From assembly GCA_963765765.1 (NCBI GenBank), contig CAVXYC010000007.1, positions 110,069-174,068 on the forward strand: DNA of 64,000 nucleotides. The letters are read 5' to 3'. Both the position numbers and the translations under genes were made by a program. Source of the DNA: an uncultured Chloroflexia bacterium (GTDB taxonomy: Bacteria; Chloroflexota; UBA6077; JACCZL01). Positions 35,642 through 46,554 of this stretch are shown one piece after another (positions within the stretch are counted from its first letter, which is position 1; each line of letters opens with the position of its first letter). The notes under the pieces are model-generated. The model made no database searches and was not told the origin of the DNA. It saw only the letters and a list, made by a program, of their open reading frames with translations.

Positions 35642-37141
35642 ATGACCGTCCCCGGCAGTCTCCGCGCGCGCCTGATCCTGGCCTTCGCGGTCATCATTTT
35701 TCTGACGCTCGGGCTGGTGGCTTCGGGGTTTGTCTACATTCTGCGCGAATACCAGGCACAGCGAGAGATGGATCGGCTGGCGGGCCTGGCCACGGTGCTC
35801 CAGAGCCAGATGCGCCAGGGTGAAATCTCAGGCGCGAGCCGAGATGACTTAACCGACTATATGCGGCGAACGTCAGATGAGCTAGACATCGGCCTTGTGC
35901 TGCTCAACCCCCAGGGCGTCGTGCTCTTCGATTCCGAGGATCGACTGGTGGGTCGGCGAGTAGATCTCTCGTCAGCAGCCCGCGTGGGACCTATTCGGCG
36001 CATGCGAGTGGCCGCCTTTACCGGCGAGGATGATTTGATCTTCGTGGTAGTCACACCGCTTTTCGCGGCGGCACCGGCAAATCCTCCCGCAAATGTGCGC
36101 GAGCGTCCGCAGCTCGCGCTCGGCCTGGTGACCCGACAGCAGAGCCTGACCTCCGCGTGGATGGATATGGCGCCGCGCCTGGCGACTGTGGCTGCGATTG
36201 CCTTGCTGGTGTCCATCGGCGTGGCCTGGCTGCTGGCAAGCTCCATTGCTGGCCCGCTCACGGCGATGACGCACGCCAGCGAGGAGATAGCCCGCGGTCG
36301 ATACGAGCAAGACATTCCGGTGCGCGGAGAGGACGAGGTGGCGCGGCTTGCCCGCGCGTTCAATGTGATGGCGCATGAGGTATCCGATTCTCAACGTACG
36401 TTGCGCGACTTCGTGACTAACGTCTCGCATGATTTGCGCACGCCGCTGACCTCCATTCAAGGGTTCTCCCAGGCGCTAATGGACGGCGCCGTTCGGGGGT
36501 CGGATGGCGCGGCACAAGCCGGGCGGATCATCCATGAAGAGTCTGAGCGGATGCGCACCATGATCGAAGACTTGCTTGAGCTCTCGCGTATCGAATCCGG
36601 ACAGGTCAGCTTGCGGATTGGACCAGTGCAACTGGAGCTGCTGGCGGAGCGGGCGAGGCAGCGCATCGAGGTGCAGGCTGCCGAGCGTCGGATCGAGGTC
36701 AAGCTTGACGTGGTCCCCACACCGGCGGCCGCGGCGGACGATCGACGTATAGAGCAGGTACTGGACAATCTTCTGGGCAATGCGCTGAAGTTCACACCGG
36801 AGGGCGGAATCCTCACAATTCGAGCTCGTCCGGTTGAGTCTGGTGCGATGCTGGCAGTGCACAACACCGGCTCATATATCCCGCAAGATGACCTGCCACG
36901 CGTCTTTGAGCGGTTCTATCAGGTAGATAAATCCCGTACGAGCTTGGGATCAGGCAGCGGCCTTGGGCTGGCTATTGCGCTGGAGATAGTTCAGGCGCAT
37001 GGCGGAACGCTATCCGCTACCAGTGACCCCGTGACCGGGACTGAGTTCCGCATGGTATTGCCGCGTACGCCCGTACCACGCAATGGAGCCTCGTCCGTTA
37101 TAGAAATGAAGGCCGCGCCGACCCCCGCGCGATCCGCTTAG
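35642..37141 (+). CDS. HAMP-domain sensor histidine kinase
   Basis: Two TM helices, HAMP, H-box VSHDLRTPLT, NLLGNALKF, RVFERFY and GSGLGLAI. Confidence 0.95.
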   Translation: MTVPGSLRARLILAFAVIIFLTLGLVASGFVYILREYQAQREMDRLAGLATVLQSQMRQGEISGASRDDLTDYMRRTSDELDIGLVLLNPQGVVLFDSEDRLVGRRVDLSSAARVGPIRRMRVAAFTGEDDLIFVVVTPLFAAAPANPPANVRERPQLALGLVTRQQSLTSAWMDMAPRLATVAAIALLVSIGVAWLLASSIAGPLTAMTHASEEIARGRYEQDIPVRGEDEVARLARAFNVMAHEVSDSQRTLRDFVTNVSHDLRTPLTSIQGFSQALMDGAVRGSDGAAQAGRIIHEESERMRTMIEDLLELSRIESGQVSLRIGPVQLELLAERARQRIEVQAAERRIEVKLDVVPTPAAAADDRRIEQVLDNLLGNALKFTPEGGILTIRARPVESGAMLAVHNTGSYIPQDDLPRVFERFYQVDKSRTSLGSGSGLGLAIALEIVQAHGGTLSATSDPVTGTEFRMVLPRTPVPRNGASSVIEMKAAPTPARSA

Positions 37142-37301
37142 CAATCTCATGTCATGTCATTGGAGCATGGGCATAGGGGTAAAGAACCTGCTATCGTACG
37201 ACCGCCCACGCCGTGATTCGTTCATGTTTTCACGGAGCCGCGTGATCCGCGTCGGTCGCATCTATTAGCATTCATCGGCCTGCTGCCTTACTAAACACGT
37301 C

Positions 37302-39097
37302 GTGCGAAGCTTCCCGCTCTTCATCATCGCTCTCCTTACCCTCGCGTGCGCTCTCACGCCCACCGTGGCGCTTGCCGCGGACGAGAAGAGCGTCATCGGC
37401 GGCACCGTCTATTTGGATAAGAATAGGGACGCCAGTCCAGCCGGTGATTCGGGCCTGCGCGGCATTCAGGTAACACTCACCGGCCCCAAGAACTCCAAGC
37501 GCGAGACGACCGACGCGAAAGGTGGCTACACCTTCGACGGGCTGCCGGCAGGTCGGTACACCGTTACCGCGGCTGCGCCGGCAGGTCATCAGCTCACCTC
37601 GGCTCCGACCATTACCGTCAACACGGACGGAAAAAACGCCATCAGGGTCATTGACTTCGGTGTGGCGACCGTAGCTGCCACGCCGTCTCCGTCACCATCA
37701 CCCACGTCAAGCGCATCCGTCACGCCAACACCAGCATCCGTCACGCCAACACCAACGTTTACGGCTACTCCGTCCTCGGCCGAATCCAACCTGGTGCAGC
37801 GACCGAACACGGCCGCTCACCCCAGACATCTGTTGACGTCACCTCCTCGATCGAGCTGGCTCTGGACGAGCCGGCGCGACCGGCTGGCAGCCCCGCACCC
37901 ATCGCCACTTCCACAGCCACGATCAACCCGACCGCCACGATCACCCCCACCGCAACGCCAGATGGCGGGCGAGGCGGCGTTCCGGATGAAGCCGTGCGCT
38001 TGAGGGCGGCCAGTTTGGAACCGCTCCGCTATGCCGCGGGGCGGGACCGTTTGGCCAATGTGAAGCGCTGGGAGAATGGCGAGACTGTCTGGCTGAGCGT
38101 GCCTTTCCGAACCCAGATGGACGGAACCTACTTTAGCCAGGTGAACTGTGGCCCCGCGTCTCTTGCCATGGCCATGAGCGCCTTCGGCATCACACTGGAT
38201 CCCAACAGCATCCGCGAGTACGTCAACTTCATCTCCGGAAACGTCGACCCAGACGCCGGCACGAGCCTGGATCACATTGCTCGCGTGGCGCGTGAAGCTG
38301 GTCTACGTACGCTGGATTTGTATGGCGCGCGCGGATATCGCGCTTGGGACCTGGACCTGGTGCGCCAACATGTGGCCCAGGGACATCCGGTCATCACGCT
38401 TACGCGGTATCAGAGCCTACCGGGCAACGCTAATTCCCGATTCCTTACCGATCATTACGTGGTGATCACGGGTCTCAGTGGCGACGATTTCATTTACAAC
38501 GATCCGGCTTTTGGCTCAAACGCTGGTTACGGCCTACTCATTAGTGGACCGGATCTGGAGCGTGCCTGGGTGTTCAGCAGTATTCCGGGCCACTCGCTGG
38601 CATTGGCCCTGGACGGCGATGCCCAGATTCCCGACTGGCTGCGTCGACGCGCGGAGACGCGGGCTACGGCTGCCGGGACGCCCGAGCCAGAGAAGCCAGC
38701 TGAAGAGAGCGAAGCTGAAGAGAGCGAAGTTGAAGTATCGGACGCCATGCCTGCTGTGGGGCAGGTGCCCGGAGACCAGGAGCTGCCTGAAGTCAATGTG
38801 GAAACCATGGCGGAGACCCTCCTGGAGCTGCTCGCGGCACCGAGGGTAGAAGAGCGCGCATACATCGCAAACACGGACGCGGTGGCGGCGGTGCTTCCTG
38901 ATGAGGCTGCCGAATCACTCGTGATTGCCGCGGCCGATGACGCATTGGTGCTTCCACCAATCGGGGAAACCAATGCACCGCGCACGGTGCGGCTCGCCGA
39001 GGTATTTATTCTCGACCCCACCCTGGTGACGCTATTCCTAGCGCTTCTGGGCATCTTCTTGTCCCCAGCGATCAGTCGCCGACTGGGGCGTCCCTAG
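37302..39097 (+). CDS. Surface protein: SdrD-B-like domain plus C39-like cysteine peptidase and C-terminal TM anchor (frameshift near 37817)
   Basis: Signal peptide, GTVYLDKNRD...TTDAKGGYTF...GRYTV, then VPFRTQ...NCGPASLAM, HYVVITG and YNDP. Confidence 0.8.
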
Positions 39098-39176
39098 GCC
39101 TGGTCGGGGCACGTTCCTAGCTGAGTCTCCAGTGCGTTCTTACTTCTCGTAGGAGCGCGTACCATGGGATTCACCA

Positions 39177-39923
39177 TTATTCGCCTGGAGCTACTCGCCT
39201 CTCCGGGGCTTTGTAGTCGTTAGTCTCTGAGAGCAGTTCCCTGACGACTATCCCGGGTTGCACCGCTGGCCACGCTCGGTGGAGTAACGCTTCCGTGCGA
39301 GGCTCTCGTTCCAGTCTCGCCACCGCTTCCCGCGCGTCCGCGATATGACGTGCGTGAATGCGCAATGCTTCGATCTTCACTTCAAGAGTCTCGCTGATAT
39401 CGATGAGCGTATTGGCCTGTCCGTCAGGCTCCTGTTGCATCCCGCGCTCAACCGCCCGCTCAGGTGGCATCGCATCGTAGTAAAGCTCACGCAGCGATAG
39501 CCCTTCTCGCCTGAGTCGATGGAAAACGGCGAATGTGGCGCGGTGGATCGCGATATGGTCGGGGTGTCGAGTGATTCCGGCCGGTCCAAACGTGACAACC
39601 ACGTCTGGTAGGAAGGCTCGCATAAGTCGATCGACATGCGTTTCGAGCTCGGCCTCTGGGACATCCGCTACGCCGCCATCGCGGTAGCCCAGCACTTCGA
39701 TGCTCTGAAAGCCGATGACTCGAGAGGCATCGCGTAAGTCCTGTTCGCGCAAGCCTCCTAGCTCTTCCGGGCTGGGGCGAGGTCGTATGTGAGAGTCGCC
39801 CTGTTCGCCGCGCGTGAAAAAGAGTCCTCTAATTTCCGCCCCACGACGCGCGTATTTTGCGAGCATCGCAGCAGGTCCGAAGCTTTCATCATCCGGGTGA
39901 GGGTAGGAGACCAAGATGCGCAT
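39177..39923 (-). CDS. PIG-L/LmbE-family deacetylase
   Basis: PHPDDES, TRGEQG, R..D and HPDH motifs. Confidence 0.9.
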   Translation of the reverse strand: MRILVSYPHPDDESFGPAAMLAKYARRGAEIRGLFFTRGEQGDSHIRPRPSPEELGGLREQDLRDASRVIGFQSIEVLGYRDGGVADVPEAELETHVDRLMRAFLPDVVVTFGPAGITRHPDHIAIHRATFAVFHRLRREGLSLRELYYDAMPPERAVERGMQQEPDGQANTLIDISETLEVKIEALRIHARHIADAREAVARLEREPRTEALLHRAWPAVQPGIVVRELLSETNDYKAPERRVAPGE

Positions 39924-40058
39924 GGTGTTCTGGCAAAATTGTAGCTTCATGGGAGGCTATGATTTGCTCCGCGACGTGGCCTTCAGTACGAAATTGAATT
40001 CGCGGGACCGCGAGCTCGCCAAACAAATTCCACATTTACTTCAAGGGACAACCCGCTC

Positions 40059-41305
40059 ATGCCAGAAGCAGCAACTCTGACAGCACAAAAGGCGGCCGAG
40101 GTGCGCGAGCGATTCGGCACGCCGTGCTACGTCTACGATCAGCCCACGCTGGAGGCCTCCGCGCGCGCGGCGTTGGAGTTCCCTGCACCGTTCGGGTTCA
40201 CGCTCCGCTATGCGATGAAGGCCAACCCGAGCCTGGGCGTGCTGCGGCTTTTTCGAGATTTGGGACTGCACATTGACGCCTCCAGCGACTTTGAAGTTGC
40301 TCGAGCGATGCGCGCCGGGTTCAAGCCAGAGCAAATCCAGCTCACCTCACAGGCGCCATCCAAGAGGCTGTCGGAGTGGGTCGAGAAGGGCGTGCGCTAC
40401 AACGCCTGCTCTCTTTATCAACTGGAGGAATTTGGGAAGGCGGCTCCGGGCGGCCGACTGTCTGTTCGGCTCAATCCGGGCCTCGGCAGCGGTGGCACCA
40501 ATCGCACCAACACTGGCGGTCCGGCGTCCAGCTTTGGCATCTGGCACCAGCATACCAATGAGGTGAAGCGCATCGCCGCGCAGTACTCCCTGACCATCGA
40601 CCGGCTCCATAGCCACATCGGCTCCGGCTCAGACCCCGAGGTATGGAAGCGCGTGACGCGGATGACGCTGGATCTTGCCGAGCAGCTCCCGGACGTGCGC
40701 TCCGTGAACCTTGGAGGAGGGTTCAAAGTCGGCCGCGTGCCCACCGAGACCACGACCGATCTCCAGGATATCGGCCGTCACATTGAGCGAGAGCTGCTGG
40801 AATTCCAGGAGCGCGATGGCCGCTCGCTCCATATGGAAGTGGAACCGGGCACCTGGTTGGTGGCCTTGGCCGGAATGGTCGTTTCCACCTGCATTGATGT
40901 CGTTGATACAGGAGCCGACGGCTACATCTTTGCCAAGCTGGACACCGGCATGACGGAAGTGACCCGACCCGCGCTTTATGGCGCACAGCATCCGATAAGC
41001 GTCATCTCTGACGAGACGGAGCCGGCGGACGTTGTATTTGTAGGTCCGTGCTGCGAGTCGGGTGACATTCTGACGCCCGCCCCGGCGATCCCGAAGCGCT
41101 GGCCCCCCGCACGGTCCTACGCCCGCGCATCGGCGATCTCGTGGTAGTTGGCGGGGCCGGCGCATACTGCGCGGCAATGTCCGTCAGTAACTACAACTCG
41201 TACCCTGAGGCGCCAGAAGTGTTGCTGGAACCCAACGGCAATCTGCGACTACTCCGAAAGCGGCAGGAGCCAGGGCAGGTCTGGGAAAACGAGATCGAGG
41301 GCTAA
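40059..41305 (+). CDS. lysA: Diaminopimelate decarboxylase (frameshift near 41082)
   Basis: GTPCYVYD, YAMKAN, HSHIGSG, NLGGG, EPG and GPCCESGD. GAYCAAMS...NYNS follows in the shifted frame, with a stop at 41303-41305. Confidence 0.9.
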
Positions 41306-41378
41306 GAGCCCGGTTGGACCGCGGCCGTCCTCGCGGCTCTCAGCCGGCTGGAAGCCGATCCGCAGGTGTTGCAATGCT

Positions 41379-41417
41379 GGAAAAGCAGCCACCATCTCGA
41401 AGGGTGGCTGCTTTTCC
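41379..41417. terminator. Bidirectional intrinsic terminator
   Basis: GGAAAAGCAGCCACC-loop-GGTGGCTGCTTTTCC between convergent lysA and the Rieske gene. Confidence 0.75.
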
Positions 41418-41431
41418 ATATGCCAGTGGTA

Positions 41432-42760
41432 CTACACCGACGCGTGATGAACGCCGGGCGTGGCTTGCAAGTATTCGTGGGCACCTTCTACCCACGTGAC
41501 GTTGCGCGGCAGGACCACGCCGGCTGAGCGAACGCGGTACGCCTCGGGCACCTCAACGCCAGTTGGCACGGTGCCATTGTCGCGAAGCTCTTTCGCCGCC
41601 TTGATCCAGCGGCGGCGCACCTGAATAATGGCCGTATCGCTGGTACCCAGGCGCTCCTTCGTCCGATCGTAGATTGGCCCCATGCTCTCCTGCATGGCCT
41701 GGTCTTGCATGCCCAGGTTAGGAATCCCTGAGAACAAGTACGTCCGCTCCAGCTCGAAATCGCGCTCGTAATCGTTATCGGCATTGGCACGCGGCATCCA
41801 ACGACTTTGTGGGATAGCCGCCTGAGACTCGGCGTAGCCATTCTCGCCGACGTGGATACCACTGCCGGGATAGGTCTTCATCCTGATGAGCTCATCGTCT
41901 GTCAACGCCCGCGTGGGGTGCCAGCTAATACTCCAGGCCATCGTGTTCTCGTCATCGATCGGCACCCACGCGTGGCCGCCGATCACCGGACTCTCACCGT
42001 ACGAAGGGATCATTGAGTAGAAGGGCATCAGGAACTGCGTGATGCGCCAGTACCAGGAGTCTGCCTCGGCGGCGCGACGCGCCCCAACGAGGACGCCGTA
42101 GTTGGTGTCCACGACCTCAAAGTGCGGGTGCTTGTCCTTGCGCTTGTAATCCAGGCCCCTCTCCTGCGCGGTGCCCAGGTCATCCTGGCGATGCAGTCGC
42201 ATATGGAGGAAGCCCGAATGGCTCGAATCGATGCCGCCCTCGAGCCCTTGCGCCCAATTACATTTTTCGTAGCGCTTGGAGATGTAGCGCTGATCCGCTG
42301 GTAAGAGGTTCCACTCGAGCGAGGGCAGCTCCGGGCGGTGTCTCGCGAGCTCCTAGATATGCCCAGATCACGCCGTTACGCTCGCGCGTTCGGTACGTCT
42401 GGATGCGGACCTTGTGCTTGAAGTTCGATTCGGGCGGCTCGTTCGGCATGTCCACGCACGCGCCTGAGGTGTTGAACTTCCAGCCATGGTAGACGCAGCG
42501 CAGACCCTGCTCTTCATTGCGACCGAAGAACATGGACGCCCCACGGTGCGGACAGTTCTCCGCCATGAGCCCCACGTCACCGCTGGTATCGCGGAAGGCG
42601 ATGAGCTGCTCTCCCAGCAGCTTGATGCGCTCCGGAGGACAATCTGGACCAGGCAGCTCGGAGGACACCAGGATCGGTAGCCAATACTGGCGAAGGGTCT
42701 CGCCCATAGGAGTTCCGGGCCCCACCGGCACATCAGCTCATTCTCTTCACGACTCAGCAT
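41432..42760 (-). CDS. Rieske non-heme iron oxygenase alpha subunit (phthalate dioxygenase/LigX-like), about 3 frameshifts
   Basis: MLSREENEL..VGPGTPMG, CPHRG...CVYHGWKF, NWAQGLEGGIDSSHSGFLH and QDQAMQESMGPI. Confidence 0.88.
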
Positions 42761-42938
42761 CGCGCCAACCTCAAGCAAGATTATTGTGAAGCCTAACCCC
42801 ACAATCAGCGAGCTCGCCTCGCGTAGACGGGTGGGGCATCCTACCCGACCGAGTAGTTTTGCCTCGCCGATTCGATTGACGACTGGGTGATGGCTCGGGC
42901 GGAAATACCTGCCCGCTCGGTCCTCTCACGCAGACTGC

Positions 42939-44238
42939 TCAGTGAGACTGGTCGCGGGAAGCGCCGCTCAGGTTTAGACCGAGCGCGACGATGGCAAGCA
43001 TACCGGCTACTCCCGAGCCAACGAGCACCAGACTCCTTGCGGCGCCCTGAACGATATCAGGAGCGAGCACTGGACCAATTCGTAGTATGACGGCCAACCC
43101 TGCAAGCGCGAGAGTGACCCAGACGAGCGCGTCCGCGCGCAGCGGTCGACCGGCAAAGCCTGGTAGCAGCTTGACGGCTTCGCCAAATATCAGGAGCGTG
43201 ACGAAGCCCAGCCCCACGATATGCCATTCCGCCCGCAGCGGAGCGCCGACCAAACCGGGGACGAGCATTGCCAGGGCCGCGCTTATCAGAACGAGAGCAT
43301 TGAGACCGAGACAGCCGAAGGCGATAAGCCCGTGCCACTGAGCGGCATCCGTGTACCAGGGGTCACGGCCACCTGGGACAGCACGTCGGGCGGCGAACAC
43401 GCGTGAGCCAACGATGAACAAGCCGCTTGCAACGGCAATGGCGACGAGTCCGACGGCGACCACAGTCAGCGCGCCTGCGATCTCTCCGCCTGCCCGGAGC
43501 CCAAGGCCGCAAAGGAGCAGGGCCAAACCGGCGTTCAGCATACGCGGATCTGGCATTGGCGCCGCAAAGTGCAGCGGGAAGAGTCGTGCGCCCACGCCCA
43601 CGGAGACAGGAACTAGAAACCCATACAGCCCGAGCAGCAGACTCAATCGATACGCCGGACCCCTCAGCACGCCATCATCGGGCGCCAGCACGACAGCTAC
43701 AGATTCAAGGCCAACGACAGCCACAACGCCGCGAATGAGAGTAAGCAGGAAGGGAAGAATCTCACCAAGTCTGGGGCGGCTCTTAAGTGGCGGGTCTCCG
43801 CGCTAGCGTTCTGGCGAGCATCGCCAATGCAAGCGATGCTCCGAGTAGCTCGAGGATCCCGGAAAGGACGAGGCCGAGCCGTGTCCAGGATCCCAGTCCC
43901 AACGGCGCGCCCAAGTCCATGCCGGGCTGACTTATTCCGCGCAGCACCAGCCCACCGAGAAGCAGCCACAGGACCATGCTAGCCCGCCCGGCGTCCGCCA
44001 GCTCACGACCGCGTAGGCGCGGCAGGAAATGAAAACCGACGCCGAGCACCATGAGTCCGGCCCAGCCAAAGATGAGCTCGTGCGCGTGCACTTGTGCAGC
44101 GGCCTGCCACCATCGCCCGAGCGGCCAGCCGAGTAGTGGCACGGCGAAGAGCAGCGCGCCAAGCCCGAAGCCGAAGACCAATGCCAGTCCGATGGCGGAC
44201 CAGAAAAATGGTGACCAGACCGAAGTGCCCTGACTCAT
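42939..44238 (-). CDS. NnrS-like polytopic membrane protein (frameshift near 43790)
   Basis: QVHAHELIFGWAG..LG..FHFLPR, many TM helices and WHIVGLGFVT. Confidence 0.7.
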
Positions 44239-44480
44239 TGCTTCATTCAGAGGTGGCCGCGGCAAGAATCAACACGCCTAGCGTTTCTCTCCAGGCGATA
44301 GTGCCACAGTGAGTGCGGATATCGTTACATGGCATATCGGCCTACATCACGTTCGCCGTATCAGGGCCCTGACACCTAGCGGCTCAGGCGGAGTGTTACG
44401 GATCAGCCCGCGACCCTCTGTGGAACAACCGGATGCCTGAGCGCCGGCGAGCGGCACGCTCAGACAGTTACACTTTCATC

Positions 44481-45569
44481 GTGCCCAATCTGACACCGTT
44501 TCCCTCAGTTCGCCACGACCGGCCGGCCGTGATTCTGGCGCCGATGCAAGGCGTAACAGATCGGTCGATGCGGGAGTTCTGGGGCGAGCGTGGCGGCTTC
44601 ACGTTCAGCGTGAGCGAGTATGCGCGTGTGTCTGATCACGCGTTGCCCGCGAAGGTCTTCTACGCTCACGTCCCGGAGGTGTTCGATACGCACTGTGCAA
44701 CCGATTCTGGGCTGCCAGTATCTGTCCAGCTCCTGGGCGGCGACGCGGAACGGCTGGCGCGTTCCGCTTTGACGGCCGTTGAGACCGGCGCGCAGAGCAT
44801 CGATTTGAATTTTGGGTGCCCGGCGCCCACGGTGAATCGGCACGATGGCGGCGCCACGCTGCTCCGCTCGCCTGAGCGAATACGCGAGATCGTGACCGCG
44901 GTGCGCGCGGCGGTGCCGCGACATGTGCCGGTATCGGCCAAGCTGCGGCTCGGCTGGGACTCTCTGGATCCGATTCACGAGAACGCCGAGATGGCGGCCG
45001 AGGGCGGAGCATCGTGGCTCACCATCCATGCGCGGACTCGCGTTCAGGGCTACGAGCCGCCGGTGTATTGGGAGCCAATTGGTGAGGTTCAGCGCCGTCT
45101 CTCGATACCGGTTGTGGCGAATGGCGACATCTGGACCATTGACGATCTTCGCCGGTGTCGTGACGTGACGGGCTGCGATCATTTCATGCTAGGGCGTGGC
45201 GCGTTTGCGGATCCATGGCTGGCACATAAGGCGTCTGTGGAGCTGGGCATCGCCACGCCACGAGAGGTTGACATCGCGAATGGCCCGGGGGAGCGTCCGC
45301 TTGCTGATTGGCTTCCGGTACTGCGGCGATTCGCGGAGATCGGTTTCCGGATGTACGCGGGAGAATATTCGGCCAGCGCGGTGAGCCGCTATACGGCGAT
45401 GCGTCTCAAGCAGTGGCTGCGGGTTGCGTCGGCGCGCCGAGCGGCCTCATGGCTGAACCTGGTGAAGCTGGCTCAGACCACTGAAGACGTGTTGGAGATC
45501 CTGGAACAAGCGGCACGCGAGGGCTCCCAAACGGACTTCGGCGTCTTTGCTGGGGTCAGTGTTAGGTAG
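44481..45569 (+). CDS. tRNA-dihydrouridine synthase (DusC-like)
   Basis: LAPMQGV, IDLNFGCP, SAKLRLG, TIHART, ANGDIW and MLGRG. The start may be 44433. Confidence 0.9.
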   Translation: MPNLTPFPSVRHDRPAVILAPMQGVTDRSMREFWGERGGFTFSVSEYARVSDHALPAKVFYAHVPEVFDTHCATDSGLPVSVQLLGGDAERLARSALTAVETGAQSIDLNFGCPAPTVNRHDGGATLLRSPERIREIVTAVRAAVPRHVPVSAKLRLGWDSLDPIHENAEMAAEGGASWLTIHARTRVQGYEPPVYWEPIGEVQRRLSIPVVANGDIWTIDDLRRCRDVTGCDHFMLGRGAFADPWLAHKASVELGIATPREVDIANGPGERPLADWLPVLRRFAEIGFRMYAGEYSASAVSRYTAMRLKQWLRVASARRAASWLNLVKLAQTTEDVLEILEQAAREGSQTDFGVFAGVSVR

Positions 45570-45626
45570 AGATAGAGGCGCGTGAGCGCTTCAGTCGCTC
45601 TGGTGAAAACTCATCCGTCCAGCCTA

Positions 45627-45655
45627 TTGACGTAGCGCATCCAGCGGCGTACCAT
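45627..45655 (+). promoter_or_regulatory. sigma70-type promoter
   Basis: TTGACG (45627-45632), a 17-bp spacer and TACCAT (45650-45655). Confidence 0.7.
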
Positions 45656-45661
45656 GCCAAT

Positions 45662-45683
45662 TTATAGAACGTATGTTCTATAA
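45662..45683. promoter_or_regulatory. LexA (SOS) operator
   Basis: Palindrome TTATAGAAC-GTAT-GTTCTATAA containing AGAAC-N4-GTTCT, over the predicted transcription start. Confidence 0.8.
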
Positions 45684-45699
45684 CGCGTGAGGTGGTGTG

Positions 45700-46043
45700 G
45701 TGGTCAAACGACGTGTGCGAACGGAGCGGCCTGAAATGGTGAGGCCTGCCGAGACCCGGCGGCCTCCAAATTCTACGCCCGCTGCCTGACCGATACCGAT
45801 TGTCAGGATCTGGTCCAGGCCGCGGCGCTCGAAGGTGTGGATGCCGAGATTGCCGTGCTGCGCGTGCTCATCAAGCAGGATCTCTCCGAGGGACGCATGG
45901 TGGAAGCACGGCGCGACATCGAAGCGCTTTGCCGAACACTTAAGGTCCAGTACGCATTGGACGATCGATCCACCGACAACCTCTCCCAAGCGCTGGCTCG
46001 AGTGCTTGACGAGATTGGTAATGAGCTAGGGATGACGCTATGA
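45700..46043 (+). CDS. Small helical protein, possibly terminase-small-subunit-like (likely frameshift near 45760)
   Basis: GAGGTG RBS with GTG 45700. The downstream frame reads KFYARCLTDTDCQDLVQAAALEGVDAEIAVLRVLIKQ...LARVLDEIGNELG. The family assignment is inference. Confidence 0.6.
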
Positions 46044-46306
46044 GCCAGGACTTATTGGAGCATGCGATCCGCCGCTGGGGCGCCGCGGGAGCTCGTCAGG
46101 AATCACCGGTGGCAGCGCTAAAGGAGTCGGCTGAGCTTGTTCGCCGACTGGACGACCACGGCTGCGCCTATGGACGCGTGACCGCTGCCCGCCTGGATGC
46201 GCTGACGCGTTCATTCGAGCGACTCGAGGTCAAGCTGAACGGGGTGCTTCTGGCGGCACTCGGAACCTTCTTGAGCACCCTGGTGGGTCTCTACCTTCGC
46301 GGCTAA
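46040..46306 (+). CDS. Small coiled-coil protein with C-terminal TM helix
   Basis: ATGA overlap with the upstream gene. Ends RLDALTRSFERLEVKLNGVLLAALGTFLSTLVGLYLRG. Confidence 0.7.
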   Translation: MSQDLLEHAIRRWGAAGARQESPVAALKESAELVRRLDDHGCAYGRVTAARLDALTRSFERLEVKLNGVLLAALGTFLSTLVGLYLRG

Positions 46307-46398
46307 TTGCACTCTGGAGCAGATCGGGAGCTGTCATGCGTAATGAACAAACCGCGGTGCTTGCGCCGCCAGGGATCGATACACATCCAGCGAAGGAC

Positions 46399-46513
46399 GG
46401 CGAGGCGACCCCACCCCAGCCCTCCCCGTGCGCGGGGAGGGGGAGGTCCCCGACTTTCTGAGTCCCGGCTCCCTCCCCGCGCACGGGGAGGGCTGGGGTG
46501 GGGTCGCCTCGCC
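46399..46513. repeat. Perfect 43-bp inverted repeat (CCCCACCCCAGCCCTCCCC-type palindromic element)
   Basis: Arms at 46399-46441 and 46471-46513 are exact reverse complements. Each contains a CCCTCCCC-N-GGGGAGGG hairpin. Confidence 0.9.
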
Positions 46514-46554
46514 TCCAGACCTAACCGCCTGGGGGCAGGCCCTGGCACGGGCGC

